64,000 nt of DNA. Source: Azolla caroliniana. Lineage: Eukaryota; Plantae; Polypodiophyta. Positions 1 through 10,689 of the stretch are shown here, piece after piece. The stretch covers positions 19,964,001 to 20,028,000 of the forward strand of contig JBHGNT010000010.1 of the NCBI GenBank assembly GCA_043228905.1, written 5' to 3'. The translations under genes and the position numbers were made by a program. Every line of letters begins with the position of its first letter. Position 1 is the stretch's first letter. The notes beneath the pieces were generated by a model. It had not been told where the DNA came from. It saw only the letters and a program-made list of their open reading frames with translations, and searched no databases.

Positions 1-53
1 CGTGTGCCTTCTTTCTCCTTGTTCGGTACCACCTGTGCCGAACGTTGTCCCGT

Positions 54-656
54 TGTCGTGGAGAAAACCGGCCATAGGAGGAAACGGGGAAAAAGATGCA
101 GAAATAGACCCTTACGTGTGGCCGCGCTATTTGTTAAGATGTAAATAAACTAGGTAGTACACATTAATTGTCTAGGGAATCCAAGCGTATCTCAGTCCGA
201 CGGGACAGAGGATAAATGTATGTAACCGAGGGAGTAACGGTCTTCCCCGGAAGCCTATAAAAGGGAGGGGAGAAGACTGATACAGGGATCACGCATTTTT
301 GAGTGGACGAAGTGCTGTCGGACTGGGAACTGAGCTCTCCCCTCCACTATCGTTGTTGCTTCTGCAGGGATTTTGGGTTAGGTTGGTTGCCTCAGTTGCG
401 TGAAAGCCCGAGTGCTTCCGATAGAGGCTCCACTACGTATTTTAGTGCGTGTGTTCGACTGTGTTGAGTCTGTCACCGGCTTGCTGGTTGTAACATTGCA
501 AGCTCTATAATCTACAATACTGTTATTGGAATTGATTCTTTCCTTCTGTCTCTCTGTGTTTCTGCGAATCTCTCTCCCTCTTCTCTCTCACGCTCCTCGG
601 TTCAGGGCCCTCGCGGTCCCGCCTTATTTCATACGCGAGAACTTAACAACACAACA
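54..656 (+). repeat. 5' LTR of Ty3/gypsy family A element
   Basis: Begins TGTCGTGGAGAAAAC like other family A LTRs, TATA (cctataaaagg) near 254, ends CAACA, followed after 4 nt by a PBS and gag. Confidence 0.9.
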
Positions 657-660
657 TATT

Positions 661-678
661 TGGTGAACCCGACGTGAA
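661..678 (+). promoter_or_regulatory. Primer-binding site complementary to tRNA-Trp 3' end
   Basis: TGGTGAACCCGACGTGAA is the reverse complement of the plant tRNA-Trp 3' end as recalled (TTCACGTCGGGTTCACCA); same motif at 24859, 26258, 40355, 55806, 61192. Confidence 0.85.
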
Positions 679-701
679 ACAAGGCCGTAGAGGAGTTGAA
701 G

Positions 702-1982
702 ATGAGGGGATCGGAGCTTGCCGAAGCCATGGCGGCAACAATTGATCGGATAGTAAGTGCTCGCGCGGGCACATGCGCCCTCGACAGGGCCATCAAAGCG
801 ATTGTCGACACGGTAGGCCGGTTCAATGGAAAGAACACCAGGAGTTATTTGGAGGCCTACAGGGCCGAAATGGTGATGAGGGACATTCCGGAAGATAGGC
901 GGTTGGCCGGTTTCCCTCAGGTGGCGACGCCATGCATTCACGCAGAGGTGCTCGAGGTACAAGTTGGATGCCGGACCTGGGGAGAGTTTGAAGGTCGGAT
1001 CCTCGAGAAATATGGGCTCGATGACTCGCTTCGGCTTTCAAAGCGGGATTTCATGGAGTGGGTGGAGACCCCCAGAAAGGGGAGGAATACGTTTGCGCTC
1101 CTCCAGGAATTTGAAAAACGGTTCGCTTTGTTGTCGGCGCTGGACCGGACTGTGCTCGACACGAACCGGTCCTGCTGTTCGTCAAAGCGGTGGACGCGTT
1201 GGACCGGGAGAAAGTGGGTCTCCTATTGGAGATGGACTAAGGGCTCACGACAGACTGGGCCGTGGTAAAACAAGTCTATAGTCGTTTCGATAAACGACGT
1301 GAATGGAGCGGCGAGGGATCGCTAGTAGTAGGGATGATCCCGACAAGGAAGTTCGAGGGTAAGGAAAGATGAGACTCGAACTTGGCTGGAGTTGGGTGCG
1401 GGCCCGTCTGACGCTGTCAAGGGACTCTCCGGGGGATCAACTCTAGAGGAGTTGACACAAATGGTGCGGGATCTCTAGATCGCGGAGGCTCAGAGAGACA
1501 GCAACGAACAAACTCGTGTCCGGAGGCCGCCGGCAGGGCAACGATGCATGTGGTGTGACGCAGTCGGTCACATCCGGAAGGAGTGCGTGGATTTCGCAGA
1601 AGCGCTCAGGGCTAACATGGTGTACCTCTGGAATGGGTGGGTACACGTGAGCGAAACTCGGAAGGCCCTGGAGTTGAATACCGGGCGCGAAGGAATGAAG
1701 CGGTTGATGGAGGAAGCTGCGGAACGACATGCAAAGGCCATCCACTACTCGGTGTCGGCAGGGATCCGGGTCGGGGGTGACGAGGATCAGAAGGCGAAAG
1801 GCTCCAGATTTTGGCCACTGGTGCTAAAGGGCCTCTCCGGGGTTCGACTAAAGGAGGAAGAGGCGGATAGCGCAGAGCAGCGGATCCGGGGGGTCACCGG
1901 ATGGGACGATCCGGTCGAGGAAAAGACTGGCTTCATGGAAGCCGCGTAACAAAACTATGAGGTTCTGGTGGAAGATAAATGC
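702..1982 (+). pseudogene. gag: Family A gag, frameshifted, with stops, truncated by an insertion
   Basis: MRGSELAEAMA... N-terminus shared with four other copies; zinc knuckle CMWCDAVGHIRKEC. Confidence 0.85.
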
Positions 1983-2167
1983 TGTTGCGAAGTTTCGCGC
2001 ACATGTGTTACTTGGGCGGGACCACGGGGGTCTTGGACTAGGGAGTACTCAAGGGATAGAGAAGACCCGAGGTTTGCTTTATGACAATACTACTTCCCGA
2101 CCCCTTCCCGAGCAAGGTCTTGTTGCCCTTTGTTTTGTGAGGTCGGTGGCTCTCGTTGATCACGACA
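1983..2167 (-). repeat. 185-bp LTR-like unit with complete family A termini, repeated at 2173-2356
   Basis: Minus strand reads TGTCGTGATC...CTTCGCAACA and carries the family U5 motif CAAGACCCCCGTGGTCCCGCC; near-identical copy 5 nt away. Confidence 0.8.
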
Positions 2168-2172
2168 ATTTA

Positions 2173-3435
2173 TGTTGCGAAGTTTCGCGCATGTGTGTTA
2201 CTTGGGCGGGACCACGGGGGTCTTGGACTAGGGAGTACTCAAGGGATAGAGAAGACTCGAGGTTTGCTTTACGAAAATACTACTTCCGGACCCCTTCCCG
2301 AGCAAGGTCTCGTTGCCCTTTGTTTTGTGAGACCGGTGGCTCTCGTTGATCACGACTCATCGACCTTCCGAGATCACCGCATGAGCCAAGTGACCAAACG
2401 GGTACAAGCAAGATGAGCACACAACATGAATGCACAAGGGGACGATAATACAAACACGAATGTCCGTACGTCTTTATGAGGAGGAGAGGTGCATGGGCAT
2501 GCTCGAACGCTCCCTCGTCACAAGACGTCGAACGTATGAGGAAGACACAAAACACATGCACAAAATGCTCGCACGCCTTTATGAGGAGGAGAGGTGCATG
2601 GGCAAGCCCGAACGGTCCCCTTGTCATGTCAAGACGGCCGAACGTACAAGGAAGACACAAACACACACACAAATGCTCGTACGCCTTTATGAGGAGGAGA
2701 GGTGCATGAGCAAGCCCGAACGGTCCCCTCGTCACAAGATGGCCGAACGTACAAGAAAGACACAAACACACACACAAAATGCTCGTACGCCTTTATGAGG
2801 AGGAGAGGTGCATGGGCAAGCCCGAACGGTCCCCTCATCACAAGACGGCCGAACGTACAAGGAAGACACGAATAAAGAAAGAAGGAGAGAAAGAAACACG
2901 AATGATATCAACCAAAGAGATAAATACGTGTTCGATTCCAACGCAAGAGGATCCTTTATAAAATAGGGTTTTGTTTACAATGGCAACTTATAGTTAACCA
3001 CAAGCTCAATCAAAACATAAATATTAAATGCCCTTAGAGACAAAAGCCAATCCCAACAAAGATGAACACACGAGCACCACCAAAATGCCAATCCCAACGA
3101 ACCACGACCACCCGAACGGCGAGCACACGGGCTCGCAACGACGAACGGGGCGGAGCAACGTCGAACCAACGAAGCTTGGGCTCATGAGCACTTCGAGTGC
3201 CGACGCGAAGAAGACGAGCACGTGGTGATGGGGGGGATGAAGGGGTATGAGATGAAGAGAAGTGGTGAATAAGGAGATGAAGAGCTTCGAAGGAAAATTG
3301 GCGATAGTCTCCTCCTCCCAAAACGTCCTCCTCAATGAGCCCCCCTCGACCTCCTTTTATAGGAAAAAAAGAAGGGGGGGTCGCCAAATTTGTCTTCAAT
3401 GAAAAAGGAATAAAATTCCTTAAATCACGCTGCAC
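2173..3435 (-). repeat. Long family A-type LTR (R/U5 part), probably continuing the LTR that starts at 4364
   Basis: U5 motif and CAACA end at 2173; minus-strand CCTATAAAAGG near 3353-3363; upper boundary approximate. Confidence 0.6.
2460..2870. repeat. Tandem repeat, 4 units of about 105-108 bp, inside the LTR
   Basis: Unit atgctcgtacgcctttatgaggaggagaggtgcatgggcaagcccgaacgg... starts at 2460, 2565, 2673, 2779. Confidence 0.9.
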
Positions 3436-3587
3436 TGTAAGACTAGATTCAAACTGTGCACCTCCAGCTAGTAGTCAATGTGATTATCCACTAGCCCACT
3501 AACTCTCTGTTATACAATCTATAATTCTATCTCTATAAATTAATAGTCTGTCTCCCCTCTACCTTTTATCTCTCCTCTCTCTTACTT

Positions 3588-4212
3588 AATCAGTGCATAG
3601 TGCGCGTGAACCGGCTCTTCACGCGTGCGCGCCCTTTAATGTATATAATAGAGAATTAGGTACAAAGGTATATCCTAGGTAGTTAGATTCGGTAGGTAGG
3701 AAGTTAATGAGGGAACGGCTCCCTTCTTGAAGCTATAAAAGAGAGGGAGGCGCAACGTGAAAGGGAGATATATTTTATTGAGGAGGACGAAGTGCTGGCG
3801 GACCGAAACCGAACGCTTCTCCTCTGTTCGTTCTCCATCGCTCTTCTCTGCAGGTTTTCGGGAGGCTCGCGCTGCTTCGAGGAACGCCCGTGTGCTTCCG
3901 GCAGCACCTCCATCCTATCCCCCTTCGTGCGCAGACGAGCAGGCATCGACATCTGTTCGCCGGCCTGTTCGGTTGTAACCGCTCGCGTGCTCTGTTGTTT
4001 ATTTGTCATTCGTTAATATACAAACATTCGTGTCTCTCTGTCTCTGTGTCCATTCGTGTCTTCCGCGTTGACGGGCCGTGTCCCTATGTTTCTTTGCTCA
4101 TACGTAACCGGGCGTCTCTCTCTTTCTCTTTCCCCTTCTATCACCTGCTCTTCGGTTCAAGACCCCGGTGGTCCCGCCTCGTTTCTCCACGCACGCGCGT
4201 AGTAACGCGACA
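3588..4212 (+). repeat. 5'-truncated family A LTR (solo or 3' LTR)
   Basis: Close match to LTR 55196-55801; ends ACGCGACA with no PBS following. Confidence 0.85.
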
Positions 4213-4779
4213 ATGAGCTTCTATACCTCCTTTCCACCCTTTCTTTTCCTTTTTATTTTGCATATGCACAATTAATCGCCTTTGTGTGCACACACATTGC
4301 ACATGCACATTTTGACCCCCCTTTCGCCGGTTTTTCCCACCCTCGAGCACGCCACATCACGACATCCACCCCCACCAAACTGCACATCCTCTGGTATGTG
4401 CCAGGAATGGCGGGCTGAGGGTGGTCAATAGTTCATTTCCTCCTCCTCATTGACCCTGTGGCTTGTTGTTTGCTCGCCTTTATCTTCGTCAAGGTCATCG
4501 AGGTTTGGCTCCTTGTCGTGTCGCTTTTTGAAGATTTTGACCCGCTTCCTGGCTATTGGTATAGCTAGCTTAATCCCATCGAATTCAACGAGATGGTAGG
4601 TAGCATTATCGTTTGCACTCGTTACCACGTACGACCCGAACCATCGCTTTGCGAATTTCTGCATCGACCTATGTTGATTGTCGAGACTAGTATCATATAC
4701 AATCACCCAGTCTCCTTCTTCGATCTTCCGAGGGCGCAGTCGGTATGTCTTGTCGAATCGGGCTTTGTTACTTAGCCTC
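4213..4779 (-). mobile_element. 3' end of a family A element: integrase C-terminus, PPT and start of 3' LTR
   Basis: VYDTSLDNQH...KFAKRWFGSYVV matches 38980-39246; minus strand GGTGGGGGTGGA followed by TGTCGTG starting at 4364. Confidence 0.85.
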
Positions 4780-4965
4780 GATTTCGTAATTCAGCACCGA
4801 CCAGGGACGCAACACGCAGTGGCGGATTTTTTGAGCAGACTCAAGAATGGAGAAACAGTACAGAAAGACGACGACGACTTTCCGGACGCTGACATCTTGC
4901 GGGTAGCGACACTAGCAGAAAAAACGGAATCGACCTTTCCGGACCGGTGGCTTATGGAAATGACG
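4780..4965 (+). pseudogene. RNase H C-terminal fragment of a family B-like gypsy element
   Basis: FVIQHRPGTQHAVADFLSRL...DDFPD...WLMEMT aligns with FDIIHRPGAQHAIADYLSQL...DDFPD...WISEMT in ORF 32707-38199. Confidence 0.75.
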
Positions 4966-7256
4966 TACACACTACGCACCCGTTTCGGCACATTGGCAAT
5001 GTTCCGTTCGACGAAAGAGGTAAGCAAACATACATTAAAAATGTCTTGCATGTTCCCACCATCACGAAGAATTTGGTCTCGGTCGGCCAAATGGTTGAGC
5101 AAGGGATGCAAGTACGATTCGACCAAGAAGGGTGCTTCATCGAAAAAGATGGCCGAATCATCGCACACGGAAGAAGAGAGGGCCGGATGTTCATTCTCGA
5201 TTCACACGAGATGAAATCCGTCATGTTCGCGAAAAGCACGAAAGCCGACTCCGACATAGAGCTATGGCATAAGCGAATCGGTCACATCAATCTCAACAAA
5301 CTCAAAGCAATGAAATTGAAAGGAGTCGTCATCGGACTCTCGACATTCAAAGAGAAGGAGATTGAAGGTGTATGCGAAGCGTGCCAATTCGGCAAGCAAC
5401 ACCGACACCCATTTCCGAAAGAGCGAAAGGTGAGCAAAGGTCTACTTGACGTAGTCCATTCCGACGTATGGGGATCGGCTCAAACGGCGACATTCGGCGG
5501 ATGCCAATATTACGTACTCTTCATCGATGACTTTTCTAGGCACACTTGGATCTATCCAATGCGGCAAAAGAGCGAAGTGTTTGGACACTTCCAAAAATTC
5601 AAGAATGAAGTCGAGAAAGCCACCGGCCGACATGTGCGATGTCTTCGATCGGATGGCGGCAAGGAGTACTTCTCGAACGATTTCACGGCGTATCTCCGAA
5701 AGGAAGGAATTCGGCGAGAATTCACTTGCCGACACACTCTGCAACAAAATGAAGTAGCCGAGCGCAAAAATCGGCACATCCTCGAAGTAGCGCGGGCCAT
5801 GATGAACGAGAAGCATATGCCCAAGTCATATTGGGCCGAAGTTGCAAATACGACCGTCTACCTAATGAACCGATGCACAACATCCGGCGTGCACGAGGTC
5901 ACTCCGCACGAAAAATACTTTGGAAAGAAGCCGGACTTATTGCACACCCGGATATTCGGCGTGATAGCGTACGTGCACATCCCCGACGAGAAGTGTCAAA
6001 AGCTTGACCCGAAGTCGGAGAAATGTATCCTCGTAGGATACTCACTGGAGCAAAAGGGGTACAAGTGCTACAACCCCTCAACTTGAAAATCTCGAGTAAG
6101 TCGAGACGTCGTATTTGACGAGTCCGCTTCCTGGTACGCACGAGAGACAACTCCGACTCTGACTCCGCTCGACCCGGAATCCTTCGAACCAAAGATAGAG
6201 GATTAAGATCGCCTTACATGCATGTTTGAAGAAAGTCCGATCACGACCCGACTGAGCGAACCACAAGAGCCTTTGAGCGATCAAAGCACATCACGGCCTA
6301 GCCCGAAGATGGACAAAGGCAAGGCAAATATGGCGGAATATGAAGACGATCGCTTCGATGACGATGAGTTGACTCACTCACTCGACAGTGAGTTCAACGG
6401 CTTCAATGTTCCAATCGGAGCTAAGAAAGCCCTCATCTCTGCAAATGAAAACCTCCGTCGCTCCACCCGTGAAAAGAATCCGGTCAGCCGATTCGGCTAC
6501 AATGATTACATGGCATATCACTATGCCTTTATGATGAAGGTGGCGACAGTACGCGAGCCGGAAACATTCTCCGAAGCAGCCAAGGATCCACGATGGATCG
6601 AAGCCATGAGCGAGGAGATGCAGGCATTACGCAAGAACGAGACGTGGGATCTCGTTCCCACCTCACCACACAAAAAGGCGATCAGATGTAGATGGATTTA
6701 CAAAGTGAAGTACAACACTGACGGTTTCGTCAACCGCTACAAAGCGCGACTCGTAGCGAAAGGCTACGCCCAAACGCACGGAGTTGACTACGAGGAGACC
6801 TTTGCCCCGGTGGCAAAGATGACGACGGTACAGACCATAATTGCGCTTGCCGCGGCGAAAGGGTGGCACCTCCATCAAATGGACGTCAAGAACGCCTTTC
6901 TACAAGGCGAATTGGAAGGGGAGGTGTACATGATACAACCACCCGGCTTCAACTCGAGCACCCATGCAAAAGCTGTATGCCGACTCAAGAAGCCACTCTA
7001 CGGCCTCAACCAAGCACCGCGTGCTTGGCATTCGAAGATAACACAATATCTTCATCAAATCGGCTTCCGTATGTCCAAATCAGACAACTCCCTCTACATA
7101 CGAAGCAATTCCGCAATTCCGATCGTCATCATCTTATATGTGGATGACCTAGTCATTGGAGGTGAGCATCTTGTCGAAATCAATAAAGTCAAATCCCTCC
7201 TTTTCGACAAGTTTGAGATGACGGACATGAAGGAGCTCCACTACTTCCTCGTCATC

Positions 7257-7461
7257 TGTTACCCGTATAGGTATACGGGAGGGTTAAGTGTAATGTGAAA
7301 GGTGTAATGTGGAATATGAAATGTGAATGTGTGAGTGTTAGGTGAGGTAAGTAGGTGTACCTACGTCCATTCGGCTTTTTGTAAAGATCTTATATAAATC
7401 CTCACTCATGGGGCATGAAAATATGGAATATTGAAGTTACCCACAAACTGTGTCTGTCTTG

Positions 7462-7496
<35 letters not shown>

Positions 7497-7598
7497 CGTT
7501 CTCTCTGTGCATCTCATCTCTCCCTCTCTCCTCTCACACTCGAACCCCCTTAGGAGGGGGGTGGAACTGATCTTGGCTCCACCCCCCACCCAGAAACA
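7257..7598 (+). repeat. Solo LTR inserted in copia RT
   Basis: TGTT...AACA ends, TATA at about 7391, CT microsatellite; flanks tcatc/acatc; RT reads YFL-[insert]-IEVIRT when it is removed. Confidence 0.85.
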
Positions 7599-8748
7599 AC
7601 ATCGAGGTAATTCGGACTCCGGCCGGAATCATGATTTCTCAATTGCACTACATCCTCAATTTGTTATACAAGTTCGGTATGGCTAAGTGCAAATCCGTGG
7701 CAACCCCGCTTGATCGTAATCTCAAACTAGATGCAAACTCCGACACCAAAGCGTGTGAGCTGACTTAGTATCGACAACTCATCGGGAGTCTCATCTACCT
7801 CACGATCACTTGACCCGATCTCAGTTATCCAATCGGTCTCCTTAGTCAATTCATGCAAACATCACGTGATACTCACTTGGATTGTGCTAAGCGAGTTCTA
7901 CGATACGTGAGCGGCACAATGGATTGCGGCATCCTCTACAAGACCGCGATGCCAATACGCCTCAAGGGGTACACAGACGCCGATTGGGCCAGCTACAGAG
8001 CCGATAGAAGATCAACCTCTGGATTTGTTTTCTCCCTCGGTAGCGGAGCAATATCCTGGAGTAGCAAGAAGCAACCTATCGTCGCTCTTTCGAGTACGGA
8101 GGCGGAATACAAGGGCGCAGCCGTAGCTGCGTGTGAAGCCGTATGACTCAAGAGGATTTTGAAGGATCTGGGCGTACCCATCACGGATCCGACTTCCCTT
8201 TACTGCGACAACATGAGCAGTATCTATCTGGCTCAGAACCCGGCGTTCCACGCGTGGACAAAGCACATCGAAGTGCACTATCACTTCATCCGAGAGCGCG
8301 TTCTAGCTGGCGATGTCGACCTACAACATATTAGCACCAATCTTCAAACGACCGACATCTTCACTAAAGCCTTAGGAGCCGACAAGCTCTGGCAATTCAT
8401 GACCAACCTCGGATTGACGATCCCTGACCTGCTTGAGGGGGAGTACTGAAGACATTACGCAATAACACGTGGATTCCGCAAGCCGCGCACACTAAGCAAG
8501 AACACGTGGATTACGCAACCACGCAACCATGCAACGAAGCCGCGAAGAGCCGATCTACCGCGCAAAGCCGCGAAGAAAGATGCAAGCCGAAGCACAGACT
8601 TTGCAACTATGCACAATGCAAGCTGGAGCACGGATTCCACAACTCCGCATAAAGCGAGTCGACACGAGTCGACGCGCACTCCGGAACGCGAGTCGAAGTG
8701 GATTTCGGATACTGTCTGAAACCGACCCGACTTGAGCTTGAGGGGGCG

Positions 8749-9158
8749 TGTTGAGAATCAAGATCAACTTGGTCTAGTGTGTGAACTCACCTTGAGAGTG
8801 AATAGACACTCCAACGGTCGAGAGTCACCATTAAGTCACCTCTTTGTATTCTAGCATTTAGTATGAGTCATAGAATCATATTCTATGACACATAACTTAT
8901 GAGCTTTCACATTCCCCATGCTCCATGAGCCTTGTAGTTAATGAAGAGAGAGGGTGACTATATAAAGCACCCTCCTCCCACCTTGTATTTAGTTGAGTCT
9001 TTCTCCTTTGTTAATACAATCTACCTTGCGTATTCTCTATGTATTACTCCTTGTCTCTCTCACACACACACTCTCTCTCATACACACACATAACTCACAT
9101 CTCTTCCGCTGCACAAGAATCATCTCTTGATTCTTTCTCTAAAAGATAATTTGCAACA
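8749..9158 (+). repeat. Copia 3' LTR
   Basis: PPT GAGGGGGCG then TGTTG...CAACA; TATA near 8959. Confidence 0.85.
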
Positions 9159-10567
9159 AGTCTGGTCCACTTCAATGGATGAATGGTTACATCAACCTTG
9201 GTTTGGAATCCTTTATTTATAGATGAAGAAGGATCTATGTTGGGGAGGAGAGTGAGATTAAATTGGGCTAAGGTGGATTCATCTTTTGCATCATCTCTTA
9301 GTAAGTGGCAATGCTTTGTTCACAATCCCATTGATATTATGCAACAAGAATATAGAGGAATAAGAGGAGGAAAGATGATAGTTGATGAATTAAGGAAATT
9401 GCAACTACCCTTGATGGATAATATACATTCTAATTGTCATAAGTGGGTGAGATTATTTTCAAATTTTACTTGGAGTTTGTGGCCTTAGAGATAATGATAC
9501 TTTCTTGAGTTATGATGTTTTACAGGATGGACGATTAGGGTTGATCCCCCTAGAAGATGAATGTTTCGCTGAGGCTACATTAAAACCCATTAGAAATCTA
9601 GCTAAGGTAGATAAGATTTGGATCCTAGACCCTGATCTTAATGTTGTTCATCCATGGTGGGATCTATGGGTAGTGGACAAAAAACCATTATGTGAATTGG
9701 AATGGGATCCAGGGGAATGGAAGTGGTTACCTACATCATATTCTGGGGAGGATGTTATAGGCCGATTCCGTTTTTTCAATATTTGGTTCGATTGGGAAGG
9801 GAGATGTTGCGACGTAGGATACCTCATTGGCCGACATTAGCTACAACATGGTTGAGTTATAATGTTGATCCTACTCATATGACAATATTTTGGAAATGGG
9901 TATGACCTCTGCAAATTCCAAAAGAAGATTATTCTATTTAGATGGTTGATTGTTCATTATGCGGTTCTTGTTAGGGTTTCGATGCATTGTAAATATATGG
10001 ATTAAGATGTGTGATTTTTGTGGATTAGAGACGGAGTCTCGTCATCACCTATTCTGGTCATGTATGGTTGCCAAATTGGTTTGGAAAAGGATGTTACATC
10101 TATTGCATGAGTTATATGGCTCTAGAGTATATAAATGGGGGGCAGTGATGTGGATTGCTATTAAGGGTGAGGTACAAGATTATGAGCACGAAAAGGTTAC
10201 CTTTGCATTACATACAAGAGGTCGATATGCTGAGGAAGTGTCGTCGTGTATGCCTATTAATTCAGTACAGAATGGGGGGGTTTAGGAGACTATTAGTTCC
10301 ATAACATTATGGGTTTTGTGGACTAGTAGATGTTCAAGGATGTTTTAACAAATTCAATGGAATGCTATGGATGTAGTCAAGGAGAGTTGGTTGACCTTGG
10401 TGCATACACTAAAAGGAGAATATGACATTATCAAGGGTGATTCAGATGCAGTCTTTTGAAAGGAAGAGGTTTTTAAGAAGAGACGAGAAAGGATGAATGT
10501 ATTCGACATGGTTAATTGTTGTATACGTTGGAGGCATCAACCACCTCTCTGGGTATTTCCTCCACCG
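9159..10567 (+). mobile_element. Degenerate LINE ORF2 3' region (zf-RVT and C-terminus)
   Basis: CDFCGLETESRHHLFWSC zinc motif; C-terminal WRHQPPLWVFPPP, similar to 18760-18810. Confidence 0.75.
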
Positions 10568-10689
10568 ATATGAGGCATGTGGCTATGTATAACTGTTCTT
10601 GGTACTGTCTTGGGAGTTATGTATATCAATGGCAGTCTATGAGTAGTGGTCAAGAAGAAAGACCTTCGAGACTTATTTTCTGGTTTGTT

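Larger units (their letters stand above)
4966..9158 (+). mobile_element. 5'-truncated Ty1/copia retrotransposon (protease end, integrase, RT, RNase H, PPT, 3' LTR)
   Basis: LWHKRIGH, HSDVWG, LRSDGGKEY, YKARLVAKG, QMDVKNAFL, YVDDL, YTDADWA motifs in copia order; scattered stops. Confidence 0.95.

Noticed and set aside
3436-3587. TGTAAGAC-starting segment that may be another LTR start
   Set aside because: No partner, end or TSD visible
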